Source: Octopus sinensis
Taxonomy: Eukaryota
Direction of reading: 5' to 3'
DNA: 11,313 nt
NCBI RefSeq assembly: GCF_006345805.1
Contig: NW_021827037.1
Span: 1-11,313 of the forward strand
Made by a program: the position numbers and the translations under genes. The notes beneath the pieces are model-generated. The model made no database searches and was not told the DNA's origin. It saw only the letters and a program-made list of their open reading frames with translations. The number at the start of each line of letters is the position of its first letter. Position 1 is the first letter of the stretch. Below, one piece after another: positions 8,073-11,313 of the stretch.

Positions 8073-8463
8073 GGCGCAGGAGTGGCTTGTGGTAAGTAGC
8101 TTGTTTACCAACCACATGGTTCCGGGTCAGTTCCACTGCGTAGCATCTTGGGCAAGTGTTTCTACTATAGCCTCGGGCCACCAAAGCCCTGTGAGTGGAT
8201 TTGTTTGATGGAAACTGAAAGAAGCCCGTCGTATATATGTATATATATATATATGAGTGTGTGTCTGTGTTTGTCCTCCTAGCATTGTTTGACAACCGAT
8301 GCTGGTGTGTTTACGTCCCCGTCACTTAGCGGTTCAGCAAAAAGAGACCGATAGAATAAGTATTGGTCTCACAAAGAATAAGTTCCGGGGTCGATTTGCT
8401 CAACTAAAGGCAGTGCTCCAGCATGGCCACAGTCAAATGACTGAAACAAGTAAAAGAAAAGAA
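8073..8463 (+). mobile_element. tRNA-derived SINE, near full length (common Octopus family)
   Basis: tRNA-like head with A-box-like TGGCTTGTGG (8083-8092) and B-box-like GGGTCAGTTCC (8124-8134), then CTTGGGCAAGT, an internal TA/TG tract and a 3' end GCTCCAGCATGGCCACAGTCAAATGACTGAAACAAGTAAAAGAAAAG. Family recognised from memory, not by database search. Confidence 0.85.
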
Positions 8464-8493
8464 TATATATATTATGATTTTTGAAGAAACATA

Positions 8494-9072
8494 ATGGAAC
8501 AGAGTGAGAAATTAAAGGAACTGATTTTTCCTGAAGAAAAAGGGAGACAGAAATTGTCACATGACTGTGATGTCTGTAAAAAGTCCTTCTCTCAAAAGGC
8601 TTACTTAAATAAGCACAAACGTATTCATACGGGAGAGAAACCATTTCACTGCGACATTTGTGGTAAATCATTCTTTCAGAAAGGTAGCTTGACGTCACAC
8701 AAACGTCTTCATAAAGGAGAGAAGACTTATCACTGTAATGTCTGTGGTACATCATTCTCTGACCAAAGTATTTTAACTACTCACATACGTGTTCATACAG
8801 GGGAGAAGCCATATCACTGCAACATCTGTGGCAAGTCTTTCTCTAAAAGTATTACCTTAACTAAACACAAATGTATTCATACAGGGCAGAAACCATTTGA
8901 CTGTGACATCTGTGGTAAATCATTCTCTCGAAATTATAACTTGACTGTACACAAACGTATTCATACTGGGGAGAAGCCTTGTCACTGTGATGTCTGTGGT
9001 AAATCATTCTGCCAAAGTGACAGCTTAGCTACTCACAAACGTTTCCATATAGGAGTGAAGCCATATGACTGA
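8494..9072 (+). CDS. C2H2 (Kruppel-type) zinc-finger protein with 6 complete tandem fingers before TGA
   Basis: Six C-x2-C-x3-F-x5-L-x2-H-x3-H repeats at 28 aa period with TGEKP-type linkers. Large C2H2-ZNF expansions are established in Octopus. Confidence 0.93.
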   Translation: MEQSEKLKELIFPEEKGRQKLSHDCDVCKKSFSQKAYLNKHKRIHTGEKPFHCDICGKSFFQKGSLTSHKRLHKGEKTYHCNVCGTSFSDQSILTTHIRVHTGEKPYHCNICGKSFSKSITLTKHKCIHTGQKPFDCDICGKSFSRNYNLTVHKRIHTGEKPCHCDVCGKSFCQSDSLATHKRFHIGVKPYD

Positions 9073-9237
9073 TATATGTGGTGAATCATTTCCTATAAGT
9101 ACTTATTAGTCACTGACATATCTATACAGGAGAAACCAGATCGTTGTGGAGTCTGTGGTAAATCATTCTCTTCAGCCAGTCTCTTCACTACACACAAACG
9201 TATTCATACAGGGAAGAATCCATTCCACTGTGATGTT
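9064..9237 (+). pseudogene. Continuation of the ZNF array: broken finger 7, intact finger 8, start of finger 9
   Basis: 9064-9138 is a finger shortened to 75 nt from 84. 9139-9222 reads DRCGVCGKSFSSASLFTTHKRIHTGKNP and 9223-9237 reads FHCDV, both in the same frame as the 8494 ORF. Confidence 0.85.
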
Positions 9238-11313
9238 TATGGCTACCCTCTTCACATCTACTCTGATAATGTTTATTTCTATGTCCTCTTCAGGAGACAC
9301 TCTATTCTCATATGTTACGATCTATATGGAGAAATGAAATGGCAGTGGGAACTGCCTTTCCCTGTTCACCCTCACATTGCTGTTTTCCAAGGAACTCTTT
9401 ATGTCCCGGACACTCAACTCAACAGGGTTCTTCTTTACAAGTATCAAGACCGGTCGTCTGGCTGTTGTTTACCCATTAAAAATCCTTATATCAGAAAACT
9501 AAATCTACGACTCAAGAAAGGAGAATGACCAAAAAATTGTCATTGGCGAATATGTAATCTGTCCAATGGACAGTTGGTGGTGTCCGACATCAAGCATGAT
9601 TGCTTGTTGTACATTTCTGAGGAAGGAGACATTGTGTCCAGATTATCTCTGCCGTCTACAGCCACAGATATATGTTAGTGGGGTTCTAATCATATAGGGG
9701 TCACAAGATGATCTCCAGTGTTTTACTGTCCCAAATGAAACCTCCCCACAATTTCTATGGTGGATGTATAGATAAAAATATTTATCTGTTAGACAACATC
9801 CCTATGTTTGTTATAAATGATTACTATTTGGTGGTTAAGGATCTCGTTACAAATAATCAGCTTAATATTGACATGGCACATCTATTTTATAGAAACATCT
9901 GTGTAAGTGAAATGTTGTCTTCTAAATTCTATCTACAGGATCTCCAGGTTTCCGAGACAAACAACCAGTGCAGATTTTTCGTTTGGTTATTACTGAAAAC
10001 AACCTGATTGCAATATACGACAGGAAAAATAAAACACATTAAGAAATTCACATTTGATGGTCATCTCTTGGATTCTATCAAACTGAATGTCTCTGCCATC
10101 AATATGTGTCGATGGCAGTCAAACCCACTGGTTATTACAACTGGTGATGGTGACAACCAAATGTTGACATTAAAAGTTCAATTTCAATTGTCATTGGTGA
10201 TTTAGCAGACAAAAAATAAATATCATTGTATTGCTTGTTTGTCGGATGGTCTACTAGTATATAATTGGGATGGAGATGAACGTACTTTGTATGTCATTGA
10301 TTTTGATGAAATCCATTCGACTGTGAGTATAATGAAGCAAATAGACATACCCGAGACATTATTGATGAGAGGTGGTGAGGTTATTGATTATGTTGAAGGC
10401 ATATGAAATATTACAGTGACTGTTAATGATGTCATCCTCATTAGCAACAACAAATTCATCAATTTCCTCAGTAGTGGTGGTCAGTATTTACATTCAGTTA
10501 GACACTACATGAAGTATATCAGTATTCATAGCAACATAACAGTTGATGAGAAAAGATATCATCTCTATGGTATATTTAACAACATAGTGTGTTTCACACA
10601 GACTGGTGACCACAGCAAAATATATTTAAATGAAAGAATTTGTGTATGTAAAGTGGGCTTTAGCTGTATAAACAGTAAAGGACCGAGATATATTGGAAGA
10701 CACTGAAATAAATTGTATGTTGAAGGTTTGTTTCAGCTTAATCGGGAGAGATTCCCTGTTTGTCGTTTACAAACAGACGACTGTCCTGTTCAAGTAAAAG
10801 ATTTTGATGTCTCTGAGGAAGGAAAGACAGACGTGTGTGAAAAAGCCAATAATGGAAATGTTAAAATACTTGATAGAGATGGGGAGTTGCTATGTCATAG
10901 AGATGTTGGAAGTTTAGTTGGTGGTGTGTGTTTTACAGGAGAAAGAGGGATAATGGTCACACTTCCAAACAGATGAGAAATATTTCACTGAAGGAACAAG
11001 ATTTGGAGAAATATAAAGTTTGGTCAAGTCTCATCCCTTATGGTGTAATATGGAGAAAAGTGGCAGGTATTTACTGATGTATACATATTGAATTGATTGA
11101 ATGTCATTGCATAAAGATTGATGGGGACCAAGTGAACATTCTGGAATCTGTGTCATTATTAAATCTTGATTCTGGTCTTCGTTTCCCTTCCATTATATCT
11201 GAAACGAACAAGGAAATATTCAGTAATGAATAAATAAAGGTAGATTAGAGGTGAGATGTGGTAATTACATAGCGGAAAGTAAGTCAGCAGCTGATGAAAT
11301 AGCAGAAGATTTC
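9238..11313 (+). pseudogene. Decayed, 5'-truncated paralog of the propeller gene; runs off the window end
   Basis: Aligns to 1145-1607 (9238-9705) and to 1924-~3680 (9706-11313). It has in-frame stops at 9676, 10203, 10404, 10704, 10974 and 11075, frameshifts and internal deletions. Confidence 0.88.

Noticed and set aside
5740-8484. Short ORFs of 60-105 aa in the intergenic region
   Set aside because: They are built largely from TA/TG/CA repeats, the tandem array, the foldback or the SINE, and none resembles a protein family.
8369-8755. 128 aa minus-strand ORF
   Set aside because: Antisense shadow of the periodic ZNF codons plus the SINE tail.

Overview
Eukaryotic, AT-rich, microsatellite-dense DNA, most likely from an octopus (inferred from a tRNA-derived SINE I recognise from Octopus and an octopus-style C2H2 zinc-finger array). 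Positions ~175-4721 hold a long, apparently intronless + strand coding region for tandem beta-propeller (NHL-like) modules. It is broken by many 1-2 nt deletions up to a TAA at 3531, followed by an intact in-frame 386 aa ORF. Positions 4722-8470 are non-coding: microsatellites, a degenerate ~100 nt tandem array, a promoter-like patch with an RFX X-box, a ~230 bp foldback element and SINEs. A C2H2-ZNF ORF starts at 8494. Its ninth finger is joined in frame, at a short microhomology, to a second, mosaic and decayed copy of the propeller gene (9238-11313). The best candidates for something new are this ZNF-propeller chimera and the giant multi-propeller reading frame, which may be intact and only look broken because of consensus errors. 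Both need read-level confirmation. All alignments and counts were done by eye and are approximate.
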